64,000 bases of DNA from a virus. The stretch lies in the IMG/VR virus record IMGVR_UViG_3300027844_002282, one strand, 5' to 3'. This document shows positions 20,121 through 30,439 of this stretch, piece after piece (position 1 is the stretch's first letter; each line of letters starts with the position of its first letter). The position numbers and the translations under genes are program-made. The notes beneath the pieces were generated by a model that saw only the letters and a program-made list of their open reading frames with translations, did not search any database and was not told where the DNA came from.

Positions 20121-20265
20121 GATAATGTGGCGGAATTGGAATACGCGCCGCTGTAATAGCGGTAGAGAGCAATGGGTTCAACTCCCATTTAAGGTACGGT
20201 TACCGCTTGGCTGTAATAGCTAAGGCAATGTCTCCTTGTGGGTTCGAGACCCATCATTATCATCA
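20121..20265 (+). ncRNA. tRNA-framed RNA with expanded variable region
   Basis: acceptor gataatg/cattatc, Leu-like D arm, T arm gtggg-ttcgaga-cccat; ~75-nt insert. Confidence 0.7.
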
Positions 20266-20275
20266 AAATTTAGAT

Positions 20276-20365
20276 TGCGGGTAAATCGACTGGCGTAGCA
20301 GATAACTGGCTCATAACCAGGGAGGGGCAACCCTTAGGTCGGTTCAATTCCGACACCCGCTACCA
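20276..20365 (+). tRNA. tRNA-Met(CAT), long variable arm, 1:72 mismatch
   Basis: ctgg-ctcataa-ccag; extra hairpin aggg-gcaa-ccct; CCA. Confidence 0.8.
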
Positions 20366-20461
20366 TTTTAACTATGATAAAATATGAAATCAGATAGAGA
20401 TATGGATGTAGAGTATACAAAAACCCAACTCGTTATTTTTGGGATATATGAGATTTAATGT

Positions 20462-20557
20462 TGTGAGGATTGATTGAAAGTACTATGCTTTCATCAGGAA
20501 AACTGTAAAGTTCCATGGACTTAGCGGCTGGAGGTTCGACGCCTTCTCTCACAGCCA
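20462..20557 (+). tRNA. tRNA-Tyr(GTA)-like with hairpin inserted in D-loop
   Basis: acceptor tgtgagg/tctcaca; loop ctgtaaa; T arm ggagg-ttcgacg-ccttc; CCA. Confidence 0.6.
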
Positions 20558-20558
20558 T

Positions 20559-20638
20559 AGCGGAAGAGTGGATGTGGATACATAGACCATACCAGCCTCA
20601 TAAGTTGGAGATTGCAGGTTCGACTCCTGCTTCCGCTA
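20559..20638 (+). tRNA. tRNA-Met(CAT), no encoded CCA
   Basis: agcggaa/ttccgct; ccagc-ctcataa-gttgg; T arm gcagg-ttcgact-cctgc. Confidence 0.82.
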
Positions 20639-20837
20639 GATTAGTATAATGACAAGCCTCCACGTGGCACTAATCGGAAACGAACTAACCCTCGGCTAAT
20701 TTGTCATTAATAATATCCGTAATTATCATCAAATATTTCTTCGCCCCATCGGTCTTGAAATATCCAAAAGAGGAGGTGTCGATAATACACAAGGAAATTC
20801 CATGGTTAATACACGATCCCATTAATTTTCGAATAGG

Positions 20838-20955
20838 TTGTGACTAAGGCCCGGTAAAGCCGGGTGCCGATCACTTACTAAGGCCTCAGCCCGTAAGTGC
20901 CGGGCGGGAACACAGAGGCTCTACCCCCGAAGATAACCAAACTTTGAGTCACAAT
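20838..20955 (+). ncRNA. pseudoknotted structured RNA of unknown class
   Basis: closing stem ttgtgact/agtcacaa, GC hairpins, cacttac complementary to loop gtaagtg. Confidence 0.6.
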
Positions 20956-21121
20956 ACTTTTTCCTTGGAGATAATATGGAAGATAAAATACACCCGCTGG
21001 TTGGACAATCGTTCAAAGTTGAATGGTGGATTCGAATCCCACTTGGTCCACCAATTTATTACAGGGATTTCTTTCGAATAATTAGAAGTATTAGCTCAAC
21101 CCACAACAATAGGAGGGTAAT

Positions 21122-21409
21122 ATGAATAAGAACAAAATCATCGGGACACTAATGGTGGCTCCGTTACCGATTTATCTCGTCTATCTTCTTTTGGCAAAAG
21201 AGATTTTGCCGATTGTCATTTGTCTTGCGGCTGGAGTTGGATTATTCCACTTCGGACTCAAACTTTTGACAGGATCAACACTCGAAGAGGTCGGCGAAGA
21301 TGTTGTCAGACATCTCGACGAGGTTGAGGAAGAAGCAGAAGAAGCAGTTGATAAGATTAAGAAAAAGACAAGGAAGCCAAGGGCGAAGAAGGCTGTTAAA
21401 AAGAGTTGA
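21122..21409 (+). CDS. small membrane protein
   Basis: two hydrophobic helices, basic tail, RBS GGAGG; AGG-N19-GAA motif at 21063. Confidence 0.7.
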   Translation: MNKNKIIGTLMVAPLPIYLVYLLLAKEILPIVICLAAGVGLFHFGLKLLTGSTLEEVGEDVVRHLDEVEEEAEEAVDKIKKKTRKPRAKKAVKKS

Positions 21410-21532
21410 CGGATAGGGTATGTTAAAATGACCGACGACCATTCTTCCCCACGGGGAAGTAGCTATTACATACGTTGAGGGATTGGATACGAGACCAATA
21501 CGTGAGTTTCACAAGATGGCAAGTCAATTTTT

Positions 21533-21609
21533 GGATCGGTGGCGCAATTAGGTAGCACAGCAGACTTTTAATCTGTGGGTTGTGGGTTCGATTCCCACCC
21601 GATTCACCA
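21533..21609 (+). tRNA. tRNA-Lys(TTT)
   Basis: gcaga-cttttaa-tctgt; CCA. Confidence 0.92.
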
Positions 21610-21700
21610 GCTTGATTGACAGGGTCTCGCAGACCGTACCAATAACAAAAGCAAATATCTTAATCTATGCCACCTGACATTTTATTTTTACGAGGAGCCA

Positions 21701-22009
21701 ATGAATAATTTAACGGAAGAAAAAATATTTGACGAGTTAAGACCAATATTAGACCCTGATCTTGGAATAAGCATTGTAGATATGGGTTTGATATATAAAG
21801 CCAAGATAAATGGAGATCATGTTGATGTTGAAATGACATTAACATCTATTGGATGTCCATATGGTCCATATTTAATATCTGAAGTAACAGAAACAGTCAA
21901 AAATATTGATAGTATTAAAACGGTAAATGTAGAACTCGTTTGGGAACCACCTTGGTCGATTGAAAATTTGTCAGACGAAGTTAAATTAGATATTGGAATA
22001 GACATCTAA
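21701..22009 (+). CDS. DUF59/SufT-family metal-sulfur cluster assembly factor
   Basis: DPDLGISIVDMGLIY, MTLTSIGCP, VELVWEPPW. Confidence 0.92.
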   Translation: MNNLTEEKIFDELRPILDPDLGISIVDMGLIYKAKINGDHVDVEMTLTSIGCPYGPYLISEVTETVKNIDSIKTVNVELVWEPPWSIENLSDEVKLDIGIDI

Positions 22010-22069
22010 ACCGGTTGCAAGTTCGATTCTTGCCTGGAGAGATAATTTTCAACAAGGGTATTTTTATTT

Positions 22070-22148
22070 GGCCTTAGCTCATGTTGTGGCTTAGAGCGCC
22101 TGTTTTGCAAGCAGGAGGTAGTGGGTTCGATGCCCACAGGGGCCACCA
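22070..22148 (+). tRNA. tRNA-Ala(TGC)
   Basis: cctgt-tttgcaa-gcagg; CCA. Confidence 0.85.
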
Positions 22149-22156
22149 ATTTTTAC

Positions 22157-22561
22157 TTAAAGTCCAGCCAATCCCCTAAATAAACGCATGGCACCAATTC
22201 TATCACCCGCGAAATTACCCTTTTGGTCATCTGGGCCAACAAAAAACCAGTAATCTCTGAATCTGTCGGTTGCAATTTCACCGAGGATCTTCCTGATCTG
22301 GGTGTGAGAGATATCTTGAGAAAAGGTCGCCTCAAAATTTTCCGCGAAGAATGTCAACCTACACCAGCCACTTGCGATAGCATTATAGCCAAGGGTGAGA
22401 CTGTCAAAGGGCATTGGAAACGATTCAGAACCAATCTCGTCTTCAGAAAGGTATTCTGCTAAAGCTTTCTCATGTCCCTGGAAATCATTTACGGGGACTT
22501 CTCCACCATCAGGGTCTATCCATAACCCATAAGCCCCTTGAGATTTTTTGTACCAATTCAT
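22157..22561 (-). CDS. hypothetical protein with MNWYKK leader
   Basis: 134-aa ORF starting MNWYKKSQ. Confidence 0.7.
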   Translation of the reverse strand: MNWYKKSQGAYGLWIDPDGGEVPVNDFQGHEKALAEYLSEDEIGSESFPMPFDSLTLGYNAIASGWCRLTFFAENFEATFSQDISHTQIRKILGEIATDRFRDYWFFVGPDDQKGNFAGDRIGAMRLFRGLAGL

Positions 22562-23303
22562 ATTTTGTCCATATCAAAATTTCTATGCTCAGTTGGGGAA
22601 ACGCCGGAGCGCGTAACTCCGCCCCTCTGGGCTCCTTTTCAACGAAGAGTAAGCATTAAAGAGGTACTGTCACAATTAGATGTACAATAAACTCAGTCCA
22701 CATCCCTCTCATATAACAATGACAGCATCGAGGTAAATATATGAAAAACTATGAAGAAATGAGCTGCGAAGAGCTTCGCCAAAACAGGAAAAAATAGTAT
22801 GGGGCTACTTAGCGCTATTTGTAAAGGTTGCAAGAAAAATATTGAACATTTTAGTTTCGACAATGACATCACCTGTAGAGGATGCGGAATTATAAATGCT
22901 TCAAGTGAAATTCAGCTTTCGACCTTAAGCTACGGAAAGGGACGTGAAGACGGAAAAGACTCATCATCCAGATGGCTTAAATCTTGGATGAACAATAGAG
23001 AAAAACATAATTCATTAGAAGATTGGTATAATGCACTATATAGTATTGTTTACAAAACCAAAAAGTCGCCGCCAAAATTCAAAACTAAAATATCCCTACA
23101 CGCATCAAACCTTCTTTTAAATATGGCAAGGCTTAAGAAAGAGGGGATGGGCGACGAGAAACACGACTATATGTGCGAAAAGATTTGCGATGTTATAATA
23201 GACGCAGAAGATTGGGAAAAAGAACATGATATAGAATCATAGTGGGAATAAATGGTGACAACATGACAAAAAGAATCGTAGTAACGAACAAGAGATAATC
23301 ATA

Positions 23304-24030
23304 ATGCAATGGGACTCAGTATACATGCCAAACTCAGCTTATCCCCCGCACGTTGGACATGCGGCAATGATCTTACACGCAAGAGCGAGCTTTCTCTACA
23401 CAAAATTTTATTTAGAATCTTATAACACGCCTGGAATCGATCTTAGATGGGGGGTCGTTCATGATGTTCGCTCAACACCAGAGTTTGAAAAAATGCAGGT
23501 TGATCTTATGAATTGGATGGGATACCCACCGGAATTTGAATTGCGACTAAATGAATATGGGAATTTTCAAGCCGACGTGATGTGCATGTTGTTAAAGATG
23601 GAAATTCGAGAGGCCGATTTCAAAAGCCTTGAAATTGGGAAGTTTATGGTTCTAAACTCAGTAAGAACTCACATAAGGGGGGTGGGACCTTGTTCCGTTA
23701 GAAAAAGTAGAGAGGCCATTGGCGGGCGCTTTTGGATTCGGCTACCCAACAATAAGATACGCCCCATTATTATTAGACAATAATGGCGAAAAGATATGCT
23801 CTAGTAAAAGCGAGCATAAAAAGTTTCAACTAACTCAAGTAACTATGGATTCAAATGGGCCAGACAGTCTGATTGAAAAGCTATTAAAATGCCACTGCCC
23901 TGACGCGGAACATGTGAGAGGCGAAGACCCTGACGAAATAGCGATCAGATGGTGTAGAAAACTATGGACGCATTACCATGGATTAGCTTGTCTTGGACAG
24001 CCAATGACGCCAATAAAATTTAACTTATAA
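23304..24030 (+). pseudogene. second divergent GluRS/GluQ-like domain, split by a frameshift
   Basis: PHVGH and HIRG in 23304..23783; YAPLLLDNNGEKICSSK in overlapping frame 23719..24030. Confidence 0.55.
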
Positions 24031-24033
24031 AAT

Positions 24034-24110
24034 GCCGATGAAACATTTATATGGATGATGTCCTGTCTTGTAAGCAGGTTAACTCGGATCGTTACCGAGC
24101 TTCGGCTCCA
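24034..24110 (+). tRNA. tRNA-Thr(TGT)
   Basis: cctgt-cttgtaa-gcagg; T arm ctcgg-atcgtta-ccgag; CCA. Confidence 0.85.
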
Positions 24111-24111
24111 A

Positions 24112-24603
24112 TTACGTCTTCAAACCGCCAGGAGCGTTTTGTTGATCAAAGTATTGAGTGACAGCACCCTGGTCAAAGTACCCCAGTTCCCCAAGATACT
24201 TCTCAACATCCAGGGAAGGGGCGAATACGCTTTTGAAATAAGTGCGTAGTTTTGGAATCACCTCACTTGGCATAAAGAGCCCGCTTCTGTTCATATCAAC
24301 AATGTGTATTTGAACCTGTTTGGTCCCTCTCGGATACAACGCTTCCCCTGCGTATGGGATAAGCCACATCTGAAGATACCCCAGACGAACATTCGTAGGG
24401 GCGAAAACCTGGATTTCAACAAGACTCCTGTCAGATCTATTTTCGACCCTTGATTTCACCTCAAGACCAAAAAACTCTTGAACTATATTAACAGCCCCGG
24501 CCTCTGCGGCCTGAACGTCTGCATCGTCCAAAGCCAATTTCTTGTCCAAAACAGATCTTACTTTCTGTTGAAGGGCATCATTATCGTCTGCATAAATTCT
24601 CAT
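24112..24603 (-). CDS. hypothetical protein
   Basis: 163-aa ORF preceded by AGG-N19-GTA motif (24644-24668). Confidence 0.65.
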   Translation of the reverse strand: MRIYADDNDALQQKVRSVLDKKLALDDADVQAAEAGAVNIVQEFFGLEVKSRVENRSDRSLVEIQVFAPTNVRLGYLQMWLIPYAGEALYPRGTKQVQIHIVDMNRSGLFMPSEVIPKLRTYFKSVFAPSLDVEKYLGELGYFDQGAVTQYFDQQNAPGGLKT

Positions 24604-24679
24604 GAAAATAACCTAATATGTAAAATTAACTTGTTTTTTCATATACGCGGTTACATTGCAGATATCCTTTTTCAATCTA

Positions 24680-24744
24680 TACATTGGTGGCGCAACAGGC
24701 TCTTAATCTGAAGGTTGCGGGTTCGATTACCGCCCGATGCACCA
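24680..24744 (+). pseudogene. tRNA-Lys(CTT) with deleted D arm
   Basis: cagg-ctcttaa-tctg, T arm and CCA intact; D arm truncated. Confidence 0.65.
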
Positions 24745-25056
24745 ATTACTCAAGGCCGAGCATCTCTTTTGCTCTCTCGTCAGTGATCAAGCCTGATTCA
24801 AAAGACTTAAAGATTTGCTCGAAAGAGAAACCGTCTTTGTAAATACGGCCAATCTCGTAAGCCTCGTTCCCATGCGGAACGGTAATTACAGCAGTGGCAG
24901 CCTGGGCGGCACCTAATTGCTTTTCGACTCTGGCCTTTTCTGACTCAAGGTCTTGGACGGAAGCGGGTGAATTTTGAGAGCCAACAGTAACGACAAATAA
25001 TCTTTTACTCATAATCAAACTCCTGTGGTTAGGTTAAAATATATTATACATCACAT

Positions 25057-25136
25057 GGACGCATAGCTTAGTCTGGCTAAAGCGCTTGTATGACACATGC
25101 AAGAGATCGTTGGTTCGAATCCAACTGTGTTCACCA
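25057..25136 (+). tRNA. tRNA-Val(GAC)-like with 9-nt anticodon loop
   Basis: cttgt-atgacacat-gcaag; canonical D and T arms; CCA. Confidence 0.7.
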
Positions 25137-25713
25137 AACTTAAAAATATTAATAGAAGGTCATATTATGGGTAAACATCACGAATGTAAAATTACAAAAC
25201 TAAAAGACCAGGAATTTTTCAAGAAAGATAATCCACACTATGGAAGGTCTCGCAGAATTTATAAGCAAGAATTCCACAGCCTTTGACCCAGATGATAAGA
25301 AAAAGCTAAAGCTATGGGCGGAAGAAGAGTTCGCGAGGCAAGAAAGGGCGTTAACAACTTGATATCAATAAGTAGTTAAAAGGATCTTAGTTAAAATCTA
25401 AAGAAATAGCCTATGGAGGCTATAAAATGGATGCTGACGAAAAAGATTTACAGAAAAGTCTTGGGATTGAAAACATAGATGAAGAAGATGAACTTCAGGA
25501 CGTGATAGGGAGAGAGGGGAAGATCGTTGAGGCGGACTTCCTGATTACGCAAATAATAATGCTACAATCCATCCTTAGAAGGGACTACTCTATCGACGAA
25601 AGAGAAATTAGGAAAAGGTCTTCCGTACTATGTAGAAGGTCCAATTTCGAATATTTATCAGATATTGTTAGAGAAATTGAATCCTTAAGAATAAGACATG
25701 ACAAGAAAAATAC

Positions 25714-25781
25714 GGCGGGATAGCTCAACTGGAAGAGCACTTGTTTCATACGCAAGAGGTTGGGGGGCGGTTCCGCCACCA
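25714..25781 (+). pseudogene. degenerate tRNA(CAT)
   Basis: D arm and cttgt-ttcatac-gcaag intact; T arm collapsed; CCA. Confidence 0.6.
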
Positions 25782-27272
25782 ATTTCCCACAACGACTTGA
25801 AAACAACGATAACAGTGCTATGTTATCTCATAACCTGCTTAAGGAAAAATCATGAATCATTACATCGAAGTGTTGATCAAACAAGAGATTGGGAAATTTG
25901 TCGAGGAAGAATTGAGAGGTAGATATAGAGATTACGTCTCAGACATCTTCTTGACTTCAATCTTATTGAATCGTATGAATGACAGCCATCATCATGGCGG
26001 CATATCAAGAGGTTAGTACTTTTTCGAGGACGACCACAACGCCACCGTTTTTTTACGAAGCATCTTGCTGTATCTTTGAATCGATCTTATAGTATGGTTG
26101 CAAAGTTGGCGGGAATGGCCATCACGTTGCCCAGAACTTTTATTCATACATGAAGATAAGATTGCATGGAGTGACAAGGGAAATCGCTATTAAAAAGGGC
26201 GAGACTATAGAAAGGGGTTATAATTAGCGCTCTTGAAGGAGAACTTAGTAAAAATCTCATAGAAGCCCGTGTCCCCCATTTGGCTGCGGCGATAAGAGAC
26301 ATGGAAGGTTGCCCTAATGGAGATCTAAAGTGTTCAAGGTGCAAAGCTGAAGGTGCGTCAAACAACAGACAACGCACCGCATATGCAAATCCAGACAATA
26401 TGGCAATTTATTGCCCATCATGTCAAGAAGAAGCGGACGCTTATTGGAAAGAGCAATGGGATGAATATTACGGTGCAATATTATAACTCGTAACCAGGAA
26501 GACATTATGACAATTTATAGAAGAACAATGGAAATTTCTAACAAAGAGTTGAGCAATGGCCAATGGGAAATTTTTAACAAAAAGAATATTGAATTTATTG
26601 CTCTGGCGCTAAGGAGCGACAAGTGGACATCAATTGATAATTTATCAAAAGACATTGGGCTCTATAGAAAAGCTCATAAAGAGCCAGAAATAACTCAAGA
26701 AGAGATCATCGTAGCGTTAGAAAGTTTAATATTGCACGACATGGCGGAGTGCAAAGAGTCCGAATAATACAACGAGAGGGAAGTATGGAAGATATGAAAT
26801 GGGAAATTGAGCCTCACAAACTAAGTCCGTGTCCTGGAGACTATGGTGAAATAATAGGGAACGTTAACCAAATGGAATATAATGGTAAAGAAATCCCATG
26901 GATACAGGATGTTCATTTATTGGTTGGCCAGCTACCCACATTTGAAAAAGAGATGAAATACGCGGTATTTCATGATTGCGTAGTAAAGTTAGACCGGAAC
27001 ACGTGCAAAAGTAAGCTAATGCCAGTTTATGAGGTGATCTCCAAAAGAAGGCCCATAGACACAAACGGTGAGGGAAACGAGTCTACTTACAAAGAGATGG
27101 AGATATTTCTTATGTCATGTCATCTTGACGCAAGAAGGACCTTGGCCTGCAATGTTCTCAAAGAGCTTGGTTGTGATTATGTAACTATGATTAGAAGGTT
27201 GGGTCCAACAATGATCGGCCCGCCAAACGGCTTTATTTATGAAGAATTAGCAATCGTTGGTCAATAATATAT

Positions 27273-27346
27273 GCTCTTGTGGTGAAAAGGAATCATTTCT
27301 CTTTCCTAAAGAGATGTTGCGGGTTCAAGTCCTGCCGGGAGTACCA
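27273..27346 (+). tRNA. tRNA-Arg(CCT)
   Basis: tctct-ttcctaa-agaga; CCA. Confidence 0.9.
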
Positions 27347-28781
27347 ATATAGTCCAAATATGATCCTCTCACCAATCTTGTTTATCAAAGATTATTTTGA
27401 AGGAATCGCATACGGACCTCCGAGAAAGTATAAAGCGAACATGAAATTAGTTTGTAATGACATCTATAGTTTAATAGGGGCCAGAGCATTTTCAATTTTA
27501 TAGAACAGGTAAAAAGAACAAACAGCAGGTATAGGTATGAATATCGAAAAAAATTTTTATATAACGATGTCCAATTCGGCGTAGAGGTCTTAGTACCAAG
27601 TTACCATACCATAGATAAAAACGCCATAAATAACGCGATAATAAAACTTGTAATGACTGGAGTGAAAAACATCAGTGTTGTAAAGTCTGGAGGCCAGGTC
27701 GGAATCATGGGATCAGAAAAAGAAATAACACCATGGTCTATATTTGGGGGAAGGGAATGAAAAAGAGTTCATTAATCCTGTTTATACTAATGACCATGGA
27801 GGCATTCTCATTTGAACCAAGGATGCAGGCCGAAGTCAGAACATACACTCCAGAGCACCTGGTTCCAAAAAAAGCAACAATTGAGCTTCTCGATGGCACT
27901 AAGATAATCGGAACTATAGAAGACAAAGATGGGAAATACATTATCAAATCCGAATCTGCCGGTGAAATAATCATAGAAAAAGACGAGGCGAAAATTATTG
28001 AATATAAGGAACGGGTTGTAAAGAAGAAAAGCGAGGGGAAAAAAACAATCAGTGATCTACAACAAATGATGCTTTCAGACCCAGACTTGATCAATGAAAT
28101 CATTCTTAGGTTCGCCACTGATAAAGATTTTCTTGATGTTATATCAGACCCAGAAGTAATAAAACATATCCAAGATTTTAATCTATTGGAGCTTCTTACA
28201 AATCCGAAAATACAGGCTCTTACCGAAAAGGAAAGCATTAAAGATTTTACCAAAAAAGTCACTGAATAATTATGGTCGAAGATGAAAAAGAATTACAAGG
28301 AATGATTGGACCTAACGGCGGGCCAGATATCCTATTTATAAGAAAATCTGAGACTCTTGATAGCATAGTCACAGAATACGAGTGGCCAAACGGATCTTCT
28401 TTCAGACTGGGATTCTCAGAACAGGGAGTCCGTGGGGATATTTATTGCGCGGACAGAAGTGGCGGTGTTAAAATGGGAATAGTAGACGACTCAGGAGGGT
28501 TTACTGTCCCAACATACTATTGTCATAAAATAAATATGCCAGTAATAATTAACGAATTGGCTATGCGTAGCTGTCGTAATATTTACATACTTAGAAAGGG
28601 CTCAGAACTTGGCGTGTTTGGCGGAAACATAGAACTTGATCTTTCTAAACCAGACAGGGGCTAAAGACTAATGCTAAGTAGAGAGTTCCTGTTAGATTTA
28701 GAAAAATGTTGTGGCAGCGGATGCTTTAACTGCCCATATGACCCAAGGCACACGAGAGGGTCAGAAAAAATTTCAAAAGAC

Positions 28782-28857
28782 GCCCCTGTAGTTCAATCGG
28801 AAGAACAGTTGCCTTCGAAGCAATCGCGTCCGGGTTCGAATCCTGGCAGGGGTACCA
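28782..28857 (+). tRNA. tRNA-Arg(TCG)
   Basis: gttgc-cttcgaa-gcaat; CCA. Confidence 0.92.
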
Positions 28858-28977
28858 ATAACGATTAATCTGGATTAGGGAGCCAGTTGAATGCCAACTT
28901 CCCAAGGACGGGCGTTGAGGAATCCTCAATAGCTCTTACGAGAGCGAATCCTTGTTAAAAACACGTCGCCATTTTAC

Positions 28978-29242
28978 GTCGATGTAGGCGAGAGGAATAG
29001 CCATCGTAAACACGGAAATGAAGTCCCTAACGGGAGTATGAGAAGATATATCTCGGTAATATAGCTGCGTTGTGGCGTTCCCGGTATACGTCTTTTGGTA
29101 TAAAGGTTGTAAATGAGCTTCTAAGGCGACCTGGAAAAGCGAAGAGTGGAACCAGGTGGGTATAAGTAACCTGCCTTATTGATGCCCGTGACCTAACAGT
29201 ACCGTTCATACCACGTCGATTCAAGTCCGACCATCGACACCA
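28978..29242 (+). ncRNA. 265-nt tRNA-framed RNA with ~190-nt insertion
   Basis: acceptor gtcgatg/catcgac-A-CCA; D arm taggcgagaggaatagcca; T arm gtcga-ttcaagt-ccgac. Confidence 0.75.
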
Positions 29243-29272
29243 ATTATGTAGAACCAAAAACGTAGAGAATTT

Positions 29273-29359
29273 GCATCGGTGACCGAATTGGCTGAAGGTA
29301 TCAGACTTTTAATCTGAAGAGCTAAGGCTCCACTGGGGGTTCGAATCCCTCCCGATGTA
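29273..29359 (+). tRNA. tRNA-Lys(TTT), long variable arm, no encoded CCA
   Basis: tcaga-cttttaa-tctga; extra hairpin gagc-taag-gctc. Confidence 0.88.
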
Positions 29360-29911
29360 AATGTGAAACCATAACCAATAAAGAACAACTAATAGATAAC
29401 AATAAATAGAATAACATAATCATAACTCAAAAAAAGGGGGGCGCATGAGTTGGTGGAAATTTTGGTCTAAGACCAAAAATTATAGGGTGTCGGGAGCGGA
29501 AGTGATTGAAGAAAAATGGCCAAGTGACAGGCTAATAATTATAAGAAAAAACAAGGGCGAATCAGTGATCTATTTGAAAGACACTAAGACCCCAGTAATA
29601 GCAAGAAACGATGATAATGATTACATTTTAATACCAAAATTTGAAGTGGGTAAACCATATCTAAAACTGAAAGATCTCGCATACAAAATAGCAAAATTCG
29701 GAATCTATACACACATACACATTTTCAACATAGACGGGAGTACGGTAGCGGTGGTGGGAACCGTTAGAAAAATCGGGTTAGCTAAGGAGTTTTATAGCAT
29801 AAGAGATAGCTCAAGCGCACATAATATTAACAAATATGTATAAAAGGGCTTGACTTTTCCCAATACCGAGCATATATTATCAACCAACGTACAATCAACA
29901 AGAGGTGAACC

Positions 29912-30439
29912 ATGAAGCTCCCGGTGTTATTAGTATTTTCAGCGTTCTTATCTGGATGTGCAACTTTACCAGTGGGGAAACAGTCTGCACCACCAATATA
30001 CACCTGTGAAACAATGCTCCCACCACTTCTTGAGGATTTTTACAGAATTTATCGAGAACCATACGTGGAAAACTTGTACGATTGTTCAAATAAATCTGCA
30101 AAATACACCCTCAAGTTGAGAGAAAATGGATTTGAGGCAAACACGATCCTTATTGAACAAGTCGGCTATGTTGTTGGCGACTTTATACACGCGGTTGTTA
30201 TTATAAAGATAGGGGACGATTGTGAGTTTTTCTGTGATATTACAAATGGGACTTGGACTACCGATTTACCCACACTCGGAATTCCTTTAGCCTACGTCAA
30301 CAGTATAGACTTGTTGACGAATTATGAATATGTTAACAATTTGCATTTGATCCCGTTTTTGGGAGAAGTGATAAAAGTGAGAGCTAATGGGGTCTTATAC
30401 ATAGACATAGCCGTTCCCGTTGTACTTGCACCAAAGTAG
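29912..30439 (+). CDS. lipoprotein, transglutaminase/papain-like Cys-His-Asp fold
   Basis: lipobox LSG-C; YDCSNK...HAVV...FCD. Confidence 0.55.
   Translation: MKLPVLLVFSAFLSGCATLPVGKQSAPPIYTCETMLPPLLEDFYRIYREPYVENLYDCSNKSAKYTLKLRENGFEANTILIEQVGYVVGDFIHAVVIIKIGDDCEFFCDITNGTWTTDLPTLGIPLAYVNSIDLLTNYEYVNNLHLIPFLGEVIKVRANGVLYIDIAVPVVLAPK

Noticed and set aside
29445-29843. MSWWKFW as a member of the WYK-leader family
   Set aside because: It lacks WY and resembles a generic amphipathic WWKFW motif; not counted.
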